A stretch of DNA of 64,000 nt from the human T2T-CHM13v2.0 reference genome, Homo sapiens. Below the pieces are notes generated by a model. The model saw nothing but the letters and a program-made list of their open reading frames with translations. It did no database searches and was not told where the DNA came from. Shown here in pieces: positions 37,782 to 59,308 of this stretch. A program made the translations under genes and the position numbers. Position 1 is the stretch's first letter; every line of letters begins with the position of its first letter. Location of the stretch: NCBI RefSeq assembly GCF_009914755.1, contig NC_060947.1; one strand, written 5' to 3'.

Positions 37782-38813
37782 CTCCATAAGTGAACCTTCG
37801 GCTCACCCTCCACATCCCTGCAGATGTGCTATTCTGTTATGGTACTGGTATCCCATCTGTCACTTGTTCCCCAAATCATTCCCTTCTCATAATTTTCTAC
37901 TGTACAGCATTGAGGCTGAACGATGAGATTTCCCATGCTCTTCCTACTCCCTGCCCTGTATATCCAGGGATCCTCCCTACCCTGGATGCTGTGGGCTCCC
38001 AAACCCCAGGTCAGCACTGATATGCGGGCCACACCTTTCTCTAGCCTAGAAATTGATAACTCAGGCGAGGAAGTCACTGTGGCATGAACAGATGGTTCAC
38101 TTCGAGGAACCGTGGAAGGCGTGTGCAGGTCCTGAGGTAGGGCAGAATCAGAGTGTGCAGGGTCTGCAGGTCAGGAGGAGTTGAGATTGAGTTGCCACGT
38201 GGTGGGAACTCACTGCCACTTATTTCCTTCTCTCTTCTTGCCTCAGCCTCAGGGATACGACACATGCCCATGATGAGAAGCAGAACGTGGTGACCTTTCA
38301 CGAACGTGGGCATGGCTGCGGACCCCTCGTCATCAGGTGTATAGCAAGTGAAAGCAAGTGTTCACAACAGTGAAAAGTTGAGCGTCATTTTTCTTAGTGT
38401 GCCAAGAGTTCGATGTTGGCGTTTCCGTTGTATTTTCTTGCAGTGTGCCATTCTGTTAGACATTAGCATTTTCGTTGATGAGCAAGACATGCTTAATGCA
38501 TATTTCGGCTTGTGTATCCATGCACCTACCTCAGAAAACAAGTATTGTCAGGTATTCTCTCCATAGAACAGCACTACCCTCCTCTCTCCCCAGATGTGAC
38601 TACTGAGGGGAGGTCTGAGTGTTTAATTTCCGATTTTTTCCTCTGCATTTACACACACACCACACACGCACACACACACACCAAGTACCAGTATAAGCAT
38701 CTCCCATCTGCTTTTCTCCACTGCCATGTGTCCTGGTCAAGCCCCCCTCACTCTGTTTCCTGTTCAGCATGTACTCCCCTCATCCGATTCCCCTCTATCA
38801 GTCACTGACAGTT

Positions 38814-38819
38814 AATAAA
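38814..38819 (+). terminator. SSX6P: SSX6P polyadenylation signal
   Basis: AATAAA at the end of the 3' UTR exon, followed by GT-rich sequence. Confidence 0.75.
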
Positions 38820-40707
38820 CCTTTGCAAACGTTCCCCAGTTGTTTGCACCTCTCATTATTGTGCACACAGCTCTGTGCACGTGTGTGAATATTTCTTTAG
38901 GAAAGATTCTTAGAAGTGGAATCGCTGTGTCAAAGGAGTCATTTATTCAACAAAACCCTAATGAGTGCGTCCTCGTGCTGAGCGCTCTTCTAGGTGCTGG
39001 AGAGACATCAGGGAACAAGGCAGGCTGATGTTCCTGACCACCATTCTAGAGGAGGATGTCTCCAGTTGTTGGGTTTGTTTGTTTGTTTGTTTGTTTGTTT
39101 GTTTGTTTGTTTCTTCTAGAGATGGGGGTCTTGCTCTGTCCAGGCTGGAGTGCAGTGGCATGATCATAGCTCAATGCAGCCTTGAACTCCTGGGCTCAAG
39201 CGATCCTCCCACCTTGGCCTCCTAAAGTGCTGGGATTACAGGCGTGAGCCGCAGCACCTGGCGTCCAGTTTTTATTTTGATAGAGACTATACACTTCAGT
39301 CCTGGAGCAGGATTCTGCAGCAGGTGGTTGGGCATCTCGGCCTTCGCTCTCTGAACGATTTTCGCGTTCTAGGGCTGGGACGGTCCATTTGGGAGTGTGT
39401 GGGAGGAGACACAGATGAAATCGTCATCTGGGGAATGCAGAGGAATGAGGGAGATGCGTGCACTGTAGACCCTGTGATGGCCAGGGAATAGAAGAGTCCA
39501 CTTAGTCTCCATGCAGGGGAGCAACGGTGGGAAAGTCCCCTGGACAGAAGCATGAGACTGCCCATCAAGGGTCTCACCAACCAAGGGCCTGGGGGCTGGG
39601 GTGGGGACGATGATTTGGGAATGGGACAGTTCTTTGTCACACGTACCATTGCACGGTGCAGAGGGGAAAGAGTTGTGGGGAGGGGAAGGGCAGAGGGGAG
39701 TCTATTTTAGAATAAAACATTTGTGTGTGAATGGAGACATTAAAGCTCCATTCACAAGCGATGGACTTGAAACACCAGCCCCAGGTGGAGGCAGGATCAG
39801 AGCTGTTTTGATTGTCCATAGCCCATCACCTTGGCCTCTTGCTTCTCCCCAGCCTTGGAAGGAGGAAACTACCATCATTATGCCTATATGATAGGTGAGA
39901 GACGGAGTCCCAGACACATGGTAGGCATCTTGTCACAGGTCCTACAGCTGGCAGGTGCAGGAGGGGCTGAGTTTGGAGCTCACTGACTTCAGAAACATTA
40001 AGGAGGACAGGTGTGTGTGGTGGAGGGAGGGAGAATTGAACAAGTCCCAGGTTCTGTCCCCAGTCACAAGGTAGAGGCTGTGGGTTCATTTTCCAAGACA
40101 AGGAACCCTTAGAGATGGAGAGTGCAGGGAGGGAGAGGCAATCGTGAACATAGTGGGGACAGTGGGAGACAGAGATGTGCAGCGTGGGGAGAAGAGTGGC
40201 AGGCAAAGAAGCAGGGGATACCCAAGATTAAGTGTGGGCTGTCACAGCCACCAGAGGGAGAGGGTGCTAGTAAGGAGGTTGTGGGGCTCCAGGAGCAACA
40301 GAGGTTCCCCAGATCTGTGAGCATGCCCTGCCTGGCACTGCAGGAAGAGGTGGCTGCCACCCAGGTCAGTGTGGACGTACCTCTACCTGTGTCTCAGAGG
40401 AAACAAATTCTATTTTATCCCAATATAGCTCTGTATTACACAAATGTAACATTCGGCTACTAGATATGGAGTGCCTTATCTTCCATGTAAATACAGCAGA
40501 GGATACCCTAAAAGAGATACTGAAGGATTTGATTTTTCTTTCTCCCTGGGAAGATGGAATCCATAAGTTGGGTCCCCAAGCCCACAAGACAGGTGCAAGA
40601 AAGGGTGGCTGGAAGATTGTGAGTCATGACAGGGAACATTTTTCCTTAGGTTCCTTGGGTATATAAAGCTCCCGACTATCTGTCTATCATGGATAGATAA
40701 AGAGTGA

Positions 40708-41026
<319 letters not shown>

Positions 41027-41365
41027 TGATCCACTGGCCTCGGCCTCCCAAAGTGCTGGGATTACAGGCGTGACCCACCACGCCCAGTGATGCATTACTC
41101 TTTTGAGTTTTTTCGAGAGAGGATCTCACTCTGTCATCCCGGTTGGAGTGCATTGCTGCAATTACAGCTCACTGCATCCTCGATCTCCCAGGCTCAAGGG
41201 ATTTTCCCACTTAAGCTTCTGAACTAGCTGTAGCTACAGGCACACACCACCACATCTAGCTAGTTTTTGTATTTTCTGTAGACACAGGATCCCACTATGT
41301 TGCCCAGGCTGGTCTCTATCTACTCGGTCCAGGCAATTCTCCTGCCTCAGCCTCCCAAAGTGCTA

Positions 41366-45360
<3,995 letters not shown>

Positions 45361-45389
45361 TGAACTTGGAGGGCAGCAACAGGGTTGCA

Positions 45390-45453
45390 GGTGTAAAATA
45401 ACGGGAAGGCGGGATGCGTGGCTAAATTGCTCTGCGTGCACAAAGAGTAGGAG
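45390..45453 (+). other. SPACA5B: Candidate non-coding first exon of SPACA5B
   Basis: CpG-richer patch with donor GAG|GTAGGG at 45454. A matching acceptor TTACAG|GTGCCATAATG lies at 48830. The TSS cannot be determined. Confidence 0.4.
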
Positions 45454-45717
45454 GTAGGGAAAAGCCACTGGCTTCATCCAGTGGCCAGGACTGGGAGTTT
45501 ACGTTGTAGCGTTTGAAGGACGGTGGGTCGGTATGCAGACAAACAAGCTGAAAAATAAACGGCGATGTGGGACACACACACCGGGGGTGAAGGGGTATAT
45601 TAAGTGGTGGCTAACAGGTTGCTTTTTCTGGATGAGTAGACAGTGTCAGTGTGTTGGGAGTGTAGGGGGTGTAGGCTGGGGCCAGGTGCTGTAGGGCCTC
45701 CTTGGCCAGGGAGCTCA

Positions 45718-46263
<546 letters not shown>

Positions 46264-48838
46264 TTAGGAGGTAGAAAATAGAAAGGGCTGGTCCTTTAGG
46301 GCCCATCAAGTGTCGCCCCTTCTAGCACCTAAACGTCATCTCCAACCACCTTGTACACACACACCTACACAAAGGAGGAAATCTTTTAGGGTTGGTGGGA
46401 GTTGGGGGGCAGAGGAGCCAGTGATACAGCCCCTCAGAAACTATCTGAGGGCCCACAGTGTGCATGCACAAGCTATGTGAGGCTAACTTTGCTGCTGCAG
46501 AGCGAGGACTCCCACTCTCTGTCCTGGGTATCCTCTACCGTCATTCCCTACAGGTGTGACCTCCTCATACAGTAACCTAAGCAGCAGGTGGCTAGGTGAA
46601 GGAGAGTGAGAAGCTGACAGGTGGCTGGTCCCACCACAGAGTCTGCATGATATGACATTCCCACCCAAAGACAATGAGAGAAGCCCCCACGTGGCTGGCG
46701 AGTCATCATTACAATTGCTCTTATGATACATTTTATCAAGACCACAAAAGCCTTGCCAATTGTGAGCGGTCATTTTGGACCAGAAGCAGCAGGTGAGGCT
46801 GACAGAGCAACAGCACAGAAGGAGCCAGGTCTCTGGTGACCTTGGAGCTACCACACTAGCCCTGGATTACCTGCCTCCAAAAGAGGAATCTGCTTCCCTC
46901 CTCTTGAAGCCACTGGTGTTTGTGGTGGGGTTGGTGCGTGCAGCCAAATCAAATCCTGAGCAATCCATCAGATGCTTCTGTGTTGGCCAATGTGAGTGTC
47001 AGTGAACAGGAGATACATGGGACTGGTGGGTGAGGGGCATGAATAATGGTGACTGAAGGGCAAATTGGGAGTAAATGAGAGCAAGGAGAGGCAAAGGGCA
47101 ATGGAATGGAGGTGAATGAACACCAGAGTGGAGTGGATGTGGGCCAAAGTGAGGGAATGACTATGCATGCATTCAATTATGAATGAATTTGAGATTATGA
47201 TGAGATTAAGTAAATGATGGGAAATGAGGCACAGTCTCAGTGGAAAAAAGGTGAAAGTGGGAGCAGACTCTGAATGAATGGGGCAACTGAAGGGGGTGAA
47301 TGTGAGTGGAGTTTATGTGAGTACTGAGGATTAGAGTGTGAATGAATGGTGGTTTTATGAGGCACAAGATGAATGAAGAGAGGGGAATTTAGGGAGACAG
47401 TAGGAGTGAATGGGGGTAATGTGGGATGGAAAGGGAAGAATGGGGTGCGGGAGGGACAGAATAAAAGAGTGGAGATGGATACATGGTAGAATGTGAAGCA
47501 GGCCGAGTTTGAGTGTGGGTGCTACGAGGGAGAAGGATGACTAGAGATGACTGGGATTACATGGGCGTTATACAGGGTAGTAGCCCAGGAACGTGGGTGC
47601 ACAGGGATCCCAGTGGGAATCGGCAAATGTGAATGAGCTGAAGAGTGCACATGAATGGAGGTGATGTTGGGCAGAGTGAGAGGGAATGAAAGTGAAGAGC
47701 AGAGGATGGGTGAACGTGGGTATTGTGAGGCAGAGAGTGGATGAAGGCTTCATGGCCTCGGGTGAGTAAAGCGAGGAAACATGGGGAGCCCGATGTGAGC
47801 AAAAGTAACGAATTTGAGGCACAGCGTGACAGAATGCGGGTACTGGGAGGCAGAATGGCAGCCATGAATCAGGAGCAGAATATGAGCAAGAAGAGGGTGA
47901 TAGGGGTTACAGTGGGAATAGATTTAAAGGAATGAGGCAGTGAGAGGCAGAGTAAGAGTAAATGGAAACAATGAAGAGAAAACTGAGAAAGAACAGTGAC
48001 TGGAGTGCAGTGGTGCGATCTTGGCTCACTTAGCGTAGGCTAAGTATATGTGGGTAACTTCAGCTAGTGTTTGGGAGTAATAGGGACAGAGCTCCAGGAA
48101 ATGGGGGTGTTCCTGGGACAGCATCTGAGAGAATAGAGGTGAAGGAGGGGCAGAGGGGGAGTGAAGGGGGGAAATAATGAGGCCCCGGGTCAATGAAAGA
48201 AGCTGAAGGCTGGGCCACGTGCGAGTAAGCCAGAGTCATTTGATGCAGGGGCGGGAAATAGAGGCAAAGATAGGAAATGAGTCTGAGTGAGAGTGAGTGG
48301 GGTGAAGAAGGAATATGACATGAAAGAATTTGGGTAATGCTAAGTAGACTGTGAGGAATTGCGATAATATGAGGCCCAGTATGGGTGAATATAAGTGGCT
48401 GAAAGGCAGTGTAAGTGAATGGAGGAACAAAAGGCAGAATGAGAATGAAGTTGAAAAAGCAGTCAAGCATAAGAATGTATATGTAATATGCCATTTGTAA
48501 TATGAAATGTGGGGCACATTCCAGTAAATTAGGATGGAACAGCACTTTAAGTGCAGAGAGGTGAACAAGGTACCAAGGATGAGTGCTATGGTTTGAATGT
48601 GTGCCTTCCAAAATTCAGATGTCAGAAACTTAATCCCCAATGCAACAGTGTTGGGAGGTGGGGCCTTTAATCCCCAATGCAACAGTGTTGGGCGATGTTG
48701 AGGCTTCTGTGTTGCGCGTTCCAGAATCTACCACTTAGACCTTTGCTCATAGAGCCCAGAGTTCCAGAATGCCCCTAATTCCGAACACCACAGGGTGAGT
48801 CTGGAGCAAGTCACCTGGGAGGGCTTACAGGTGCCATA

Positions 48839-48983
48839 ATGAAGGCCTGGGGCACTGTGGTAGTGACCTTGGCCACGCTGATGGTTGTCACTGTGGATGC
48901 CAAGATCTATGAACGCTGCGAGCTGGCGGCAAGACTGGAGAGAGCAGGGCTGAACGGCTACAAGGGCTACGGCGTTGGAGACT
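48839..48983 (+). CDS. SPACA5B: Sperm acrosome-associated protein 5 (c-type lysozyme-like), coding exon 1 with signal peptide
   Basis: MKAWGTVVVTLATLMVVTVDA-KIYERCELAARLERAGLNGYKGYGVGD; donor GTGAG at 48984. The B copy is inferred from adjacency to SSX6P; SPACA5 and SPACA5B are near-identical. Confidence 0.92.
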
Positions 48984-49129
48984 GTGAGAATCCAGTTGCC
49001 CCAAATCCCATCCAAACCCTGAGCCACCCGCCACATTCAGACCCAGGCCCCTTCTTGTCCTTTATCACCTCTCCAGGCCTGGGCATGATCCCTTGAGTCA
49101 CTCCCTGACTGACTATGCTGAGTAGTTTA

Positions 49130-49330
49130 ACTAACTCTAACACCACCACCATTATTGCCTTCACAACCATCACCTCCATCTCTGCCATCAACACCATCAC
49201 TACAATCAATATCATCACCACTGTTACCATCATGAATACCATCGCTACCACCATCACTGATGTCTCACCAGAATCACCAACATCACCACCACTAAACCAA
49301 GATCACCACCCTCACAACTGAGATGACAAC
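49130..49330. repeat. Degenerate (ACC/ATC)n low-complexity tract
   Basis: Read directly; intronic in SPACA5B. Confidence 0.85.
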
Positions 49331-49411
49331 CATCCCTGTCCTCCCCCCATCCTATCCTTCCCTATTCCCAAGCTCTATACCTACTCCCTGCCTCCCTTCT
49401 CCCTGCCCCAG

Positions 49412-49570
49412 GGCTGTGCATGGCTCATTATGAGAGTGGCTTTGACACCGCCTTCGTGGACCACAATCCTGATGGCAGCAGTGAATATGGCATTTTCCAA
49501 CTGAATTCTGCCTGGTGGTGTGACAATGGCATTACACCCACCAAGAACCTCTGCCACATGGATTGTCATG
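49412..49570 (+). CDS. SPACA5B: SPACA5 coding exon 2 (WLCMAHYESGFDTAFVDHNPDGSSEYGIFQLNSAWWCDNGITPTKNLCHMDCH)
   Basis: CCCCAG / GTAAGT; 159 nt; lysozyme-c signature YGIFQLN. Confidence 0.95.
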
Positions 49571-49979
49571 GTAAGTCAGCACTGGGGACCCACTGAAGCC
49601 CTGCTGGGCCCTACTCTCCCACACATGGAGGGCAAGGTTGTTTAAGCCATAATCTCCTGCAACAAGAGAAAAATGATGGGAAAAGGAGAGAAGTTGCCTG
49701 AGCTATTAAAGACACCATCCTCTACCCCTACCCAGACTATCCTGAGAGGTTGTTTAGGACAGAAGAGCTCAGAGCTCCCAATCCTCACCCAGAATGGACA
49801 CTGCAGTTTTCTTAGACTCAGGAAACAGGAAACTTACCTCCATGTGGAACAGAGTTAGAAACTGTCCTGATTTGGGGTTGAGGTTACCCAGGCCCCGAGG
49901 AAAGAAGCAGAGTGTCTGGTTCTAGAAACAGAAACAGATAACCTCCATGCAGAAATGACAGAACTTTCCAGATAAGACT

Positions 49980-50312
49980 GGTGTTGTTGAGGACAAAATA
50001 GAATAGCCGTTAAAGTTGTTCAGTGTTGGCCAAAATGGTGGTTGAGGTTGTCCAAGACAGGAAAAAATGGAGACTGAGGTTATTTGGGGCCAGCCCAAAT
50101 GGAGGTTGAGGTTGTCCAGGACCAGACAGTATGGAGGTTGGGGTTATTCATAACTAGCCAACATGACAATCTAGATCATCCAGGATCAGTCAACATGAGT
50201 TAAGGTTGTACAGAACCAGCTAACATGGTGATTAAGATCATTCATAACCAACTGACAAGAGAATCAAGGTCATCAAGAATCAGTCAACATAGTGGTTGAG
50301 GTTCTTCAGGCC
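49980..50312. repeat. Diverged ~32-bp minisatellite, about 9-10 units
   Basis: Approximate consensus ACATGGWGGTTGAGGTTRTCCAGGACCAGTCA. Units start near 50032, 50063, 50097, 50129, 50161, 50192, 50223, 50255 and 50287. Confidence 0.75.
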
Positions 50313-50400
50313 CCAAGGAACCCAAAACCCTTGGGCCCTCCATTCACTGTTATCCTATCCCCAGTGCACCAGACCACCATGTCCCTCTCTTCCCCCTCAG

Positions 50401-50479
50401 ACCTGCTCAATCGCCATATTCTGGATGACATCAGGTGTGCCAAGCAGATTGTGTCCTCACAGAATGGGCTTTCTGCCTG
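50401..50479 (+). CDS. SPACA5B: SPACA5 coding exon 3 (DLLNRHILDDIRCAKQIVSSQNGLSAW)
   Basis: CCCTCAG / GTAAGT; 79 nt. Confidence 0.95.
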
Positions 50480-50583
50480 GTAAGTTCATGGGGATGGCCC
50501 AGGCCATGGGCAGCCAGGGATAGTGTCACTGCCACCCCATCAACCTGTCCACTTCATCCTCTCTCCTTTCCTTCATTTCCCAG

Positions 50584-50680
50584 GACTTCTTGGAGGCTAC
50601 ACTGTTCTGGCCATGATTTATCTGAATGGCTCAAGGGGTGTGATATGCATGTGAAAATTGATCCAAAAATTCATCCATGA
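50584..50680 (+). CDS. SPACA5B: SPACA5 coding exon 4 (TSWRLHCSGHDLSEWLKGCDMHVKIDPKIHP*)
   Basis: Acceptor TTCCCAG; total CDS 145+159+79+97 = 480 nt, 159 aa. Confidence 0.95.
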
Positions 50681-50736
50681 CTCAGATTCGAAGAGACAGA
50701 TTTTATCTTCCTTTCATTTCTTTCTCTTGTGCATTT

Positions 50737-50742
50737 AATAAA
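50737..50742 (+). terminator. SPACA5B: SPACA5B polyadenylation signal
   Basis: AATAAA 57 nt after the stop codon. Confidence 0.8.
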
Positions 50743-51251
50743 GGATGGTATCTATAAACAATGCAAAAGATGCTCTGATGTCTGACTCTCTTCATTTATT
50801 CAATGCCTGGAGGTACCCTCATTCCGTCACTTCCTCCATGTATTCAAAGCTCTAATTAAGAAATACCAGATCACTCAGAGTGGGGAAGGAAGGGAGGATA
50901 GTGTTGTGAATCAAGAGCATGTTGTTCTCCTGGGTTCAGAAGCCATCTCTACCACCTACTAGCTGTGTTGCCTTGGAAGAGATACTTAAATTCTCTGAGC
51001 CTCAGTTTCCTCATCTGTTAAATAAGGATGATAATAGTAACTACTTGATGGGGTTATTGGGAGGATTAAATGAATTAATATTTGTAAAACGCATAAAGTG
51101 CTTGGTACATAAGACAGTTGTAGGTTTGGAGATAGAGGAGTGGGATGGGAGAGATGAAAATTGGCTTCCCTTAAAAAGAATCACTCTCGGTGGGGTGCAG
51201 TGGCTCATGCCTGTAATCCCAGCACTTTGGGAGGCCAAGCCAGGTGGATCA

Positions 51252-51494
<243 letters not shown>

Positions 51495-52168
51495 TTAAGG
51501 CAGATACAGTCTCTTCAGGGGAGAATGAATCTAATAGGATTGTGCTTACACAGGAAGCTCAGTGGGAATCAGGAGTTAAAGGTACGTTTCCCCACATCCT
51601 CCCACATAACACCATTCTTCCAGCCCCCAGCCCCTCTTTCATGATCAAAGTCTGAAGTTTAAAATGACAGAGCGGGAATGTAGGCAAAACATTCAATGGA
51701 CACACGTGGTAATAATTTCTTCTTACAGAGTGCCTGAGTGTCACTTTGTGTCTTGAGCAGAGAATTTAGGAATTTCAATTTGCCATTCTTTGCAATGGCC
51801 AGCACCTTTGGAAGCAGCCACTCCCATAAGGAAGCAGTCCCTCATGTTCTTTGTACTCTTTGATTGGGGTGGATACTCAAGCACCTGAGACCTTGAAGTG
51901 TTCACTTCAACCAGGATAATCACAGATGAGCATGAAAACAGCTAGCTGCCACTGCATGCCAAGGAATGCCGGAGCCCCCTTCCTTAATGCCAACTGGATT
52001 TCCCCCGCCTTGCACCCCAACCAGCCTAGGTAATCAAATCTCACATCTCCCTGTGGGTCCATAAAGAGTGCCAACACTTTGGGTACTGATTTCTTGTTTT
52101 TTCTTATTTTCTTTCCTTCTTTCCTTTCTTTTTTCTTTTCTTTTTCTTTCTTTTTTTTTTTTTTTTGA

Positions 52169-52450
<282 letters not shown>

Positions 52451-52737
52451 TAATTGTTGTTTTTTAATGGCTATCTTTAAATCTGTAACTTCCTATAATT
52501 TGATAAACCCTTTTGTTCTTGTATGGCACTTATTCTCCATTATGACAAAACAGCGATTTTTAATAATAGTAGATTTTATTAATTTTTCTATGAGAGTTTG
52601 GTATTAAATCTGGAGACATTTTTCCTGAGTATCATTTCCAAGGACTATGCTTATTTAATTAATTAAATTGGGTTTCCTTTAATACCTGCATCTAGATTTA
52701 TGGTGAGGTTTGGCTTCCAACTGACAGCCCTCATACC

Positions 52738-54301
<1,564 letters not shown>

Positions 54302-54439
54302 CTGTAACGGAATGCTTCTATTCAATTGGTTGGATAAAAATTAAAATGATAATACTTTTTAAAATAAAGAAAATATTCTTCAGAGAGAAGCTACTCTTTA
54401 ACCATTTCAAAAAGGGCTTTTCTGAGATATTCGCAATAC

Positions 54440-56630
<2,191 letters not shown>

Positions 56631-56642
56631 TGGCAAGGATTA

Positions 56643-58242
56643 GCTCTCCCTCTCCCTCTCCATCTCCCTCTCCCTCATCCCTCTCCCTCATCCCTCTCCC
56701 TCTCCCTCTCCATCTCCCCCTCCCCCTCCCTCTCCCTCTCCCTCTCCCCTTTGCACGGTCTCCCTCTGGTGCAGAGCCGAGGCTGGACTGTACTGCCGCC
56801 ATCTCGGCTCACTGCAACCTCCCTGCCTGATTCTCCTGCCTCAGCCTGCCGAGTGCCTGGGATTGCAGGCGCGCGCCGCCACGCCTGACTGGTTTTCGTA
56901 TTTTTTGGTGGAGACGGGGTTTCGCCGTGTTGGCCGGGCTGGTCTCCAGCTCCTAACCGCGAGTGATCTGCCAGCCTCGGCCTCCCGAGGTGCCGGGATT
57001 GCAGACGGAGTCTCGCTCACTCAGTGCTCAATGTTGCCCAGGCTGGAGTGCAGTGGCGTGATCTCAGCTTGCTACAAACTCCACCTCCCAGCTGCCTGCC
57101 TTGGCCCCCCAAAGTGCCGAGATTCCAGCCTCTGCCTGGCTGCCACCCCGTCTAGGAAGTGAGGAGGGTCTCTGCCTGGCCGCCCATCGTCTGGGATGTG
57201 AGGAGCCCCTCTGCCTGGCCGCCCAGTCTGGGAAGTGAGGAGCGCCTCTTCCCGGCCGTCATCCCGTCTAGGAAGTGAGGAGCGTCTCTGCCCGGCCGCC
57301 CATCGTCTGGGATGTGGGGAGCGCCTCTGCCCCACCGCCCCGTCTGAGATGTGAAGAGCGCCTCTGCCCCGCCTCGACCCCGTATGAGAAGTGAGGAGCC
57401 CCTCCGCCCGGCAGCCGCCCCGTCTGGGAAGTGAGGAGCATCTCCGCCTGGCAGCCGCCCCATCCGGGAGGGAGGTGGGGGGGTCAGCCCCCGCCCGGCC
57501 AGCCGCCCTGTCTGGGAGGTGGGGGGCAGCCCCCGCCCGGCCAGCCGCCCCATCCGGGAAGTGGGGGGCAGCCCCCGCCCGGCCAGCAGCCCCATCAGGG
57601 AGGTGGGGGGCAGCCCCCACCAGGCCGCCGCCCCGTCTGGGAGGTGGGGGGCGCCTCTGCCCGGCCACCCCATCTGGGAAGTGAGGAGCCCCTCTGCCCA
57701 GCCGCCACCCCGTCTGGGAGGTGTACCCAAGAGCTCATTGAGAACGGGCCATGATGACGATGGCGGTTTTGTCGAATAGAAAAGGGGGAAATGTGGGGAA
57801 AAGAAAGAGAGATCAGATTGTTACTGTGTCTGTGTAGAAAGAAGTAGACATAGGAGACTCCATTTTGTTCTGTACTAAGAAAAATTCTTCTGCCTTGGGA
57901 TGCTGTTAATCTATAACCTTACCCCCAGCCCCGTGCTCTCTGAAACATGTGCTATGTCCAGAAACGGTTAAATGGATTAAGGGCGGTGCAAGATGTGCTT
58001 TGTTAAACAGATGCTTGAAGGCAGCATACTCGTTAAGAGTCATCACCACTCCCCAATCTCAAGTACCCAGGGACACAAACACTGCGGAAGGTGGCAGGGC
58101 CCTCTGCCTAGGAAAACCAGAGACCTTTGTTCACATGTTTATCTGCTGACCTTCCCTCCACTATTGTCCTATGACCCTGCCAAATCCCCCTCTCCGAGAA
58201 ACACCCAAGAATGATCAATAAATACTAAAAAAATTAAAAAAA
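56643..58242 (+). mobile_element. Full-length SVA (older, SVA_B-like)
   Basis: (CCCTCT)n head, Alu-like region, VNTR, SINE-R with AAAGAAAGAGAGATCAGATTGTTACT. 15-bp TSD AAATGGCAAGGATTA at 56628-56642 and 58243-58257. Confidence 0.96.
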
Positions 58243-58437
58243 AAATGGCAAGGATTAAAACCATGACAAGAAGATTAGAAAGGGTATTTTCATTCATTAT
58301 TAGTGGGGGGTGTCAACTTGTACTAACTTTTCAAAAGGCAATTTGGCAATGTCTATGAAAGTTCAAAACGTGCCCACCTTTTGAACCAGACACTCTAGAA
58401 ATGCTCACCACTGTGTACAAAGATAGATGACAAGATA

Positions 58438-59308
<871 letters not shown>

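Noticed and set aside
48060-48611. 183-aa - strand ORF
   Set aside because: Lies in the purine-skewed tract; the pyrimidine-rich strand is poor in stop codons. No recognisable domain or splice structure.
48795-48830. Apparent GTGAGT...TTACAG micro-intron before the SPACA5 ATG
   Set aside because: 36 nt is too short for a normal human spliceosomal intron.
49115-49321. Thr-rich mucin-like ORF
   Set aside because: Intronic ACC/ATC low-complexity sequence.
57072-57779. Long G/R/P/A-rich ORFs (also 33082-34025)
   Set aside because: Translations of GC-rich SVA VNTRs.
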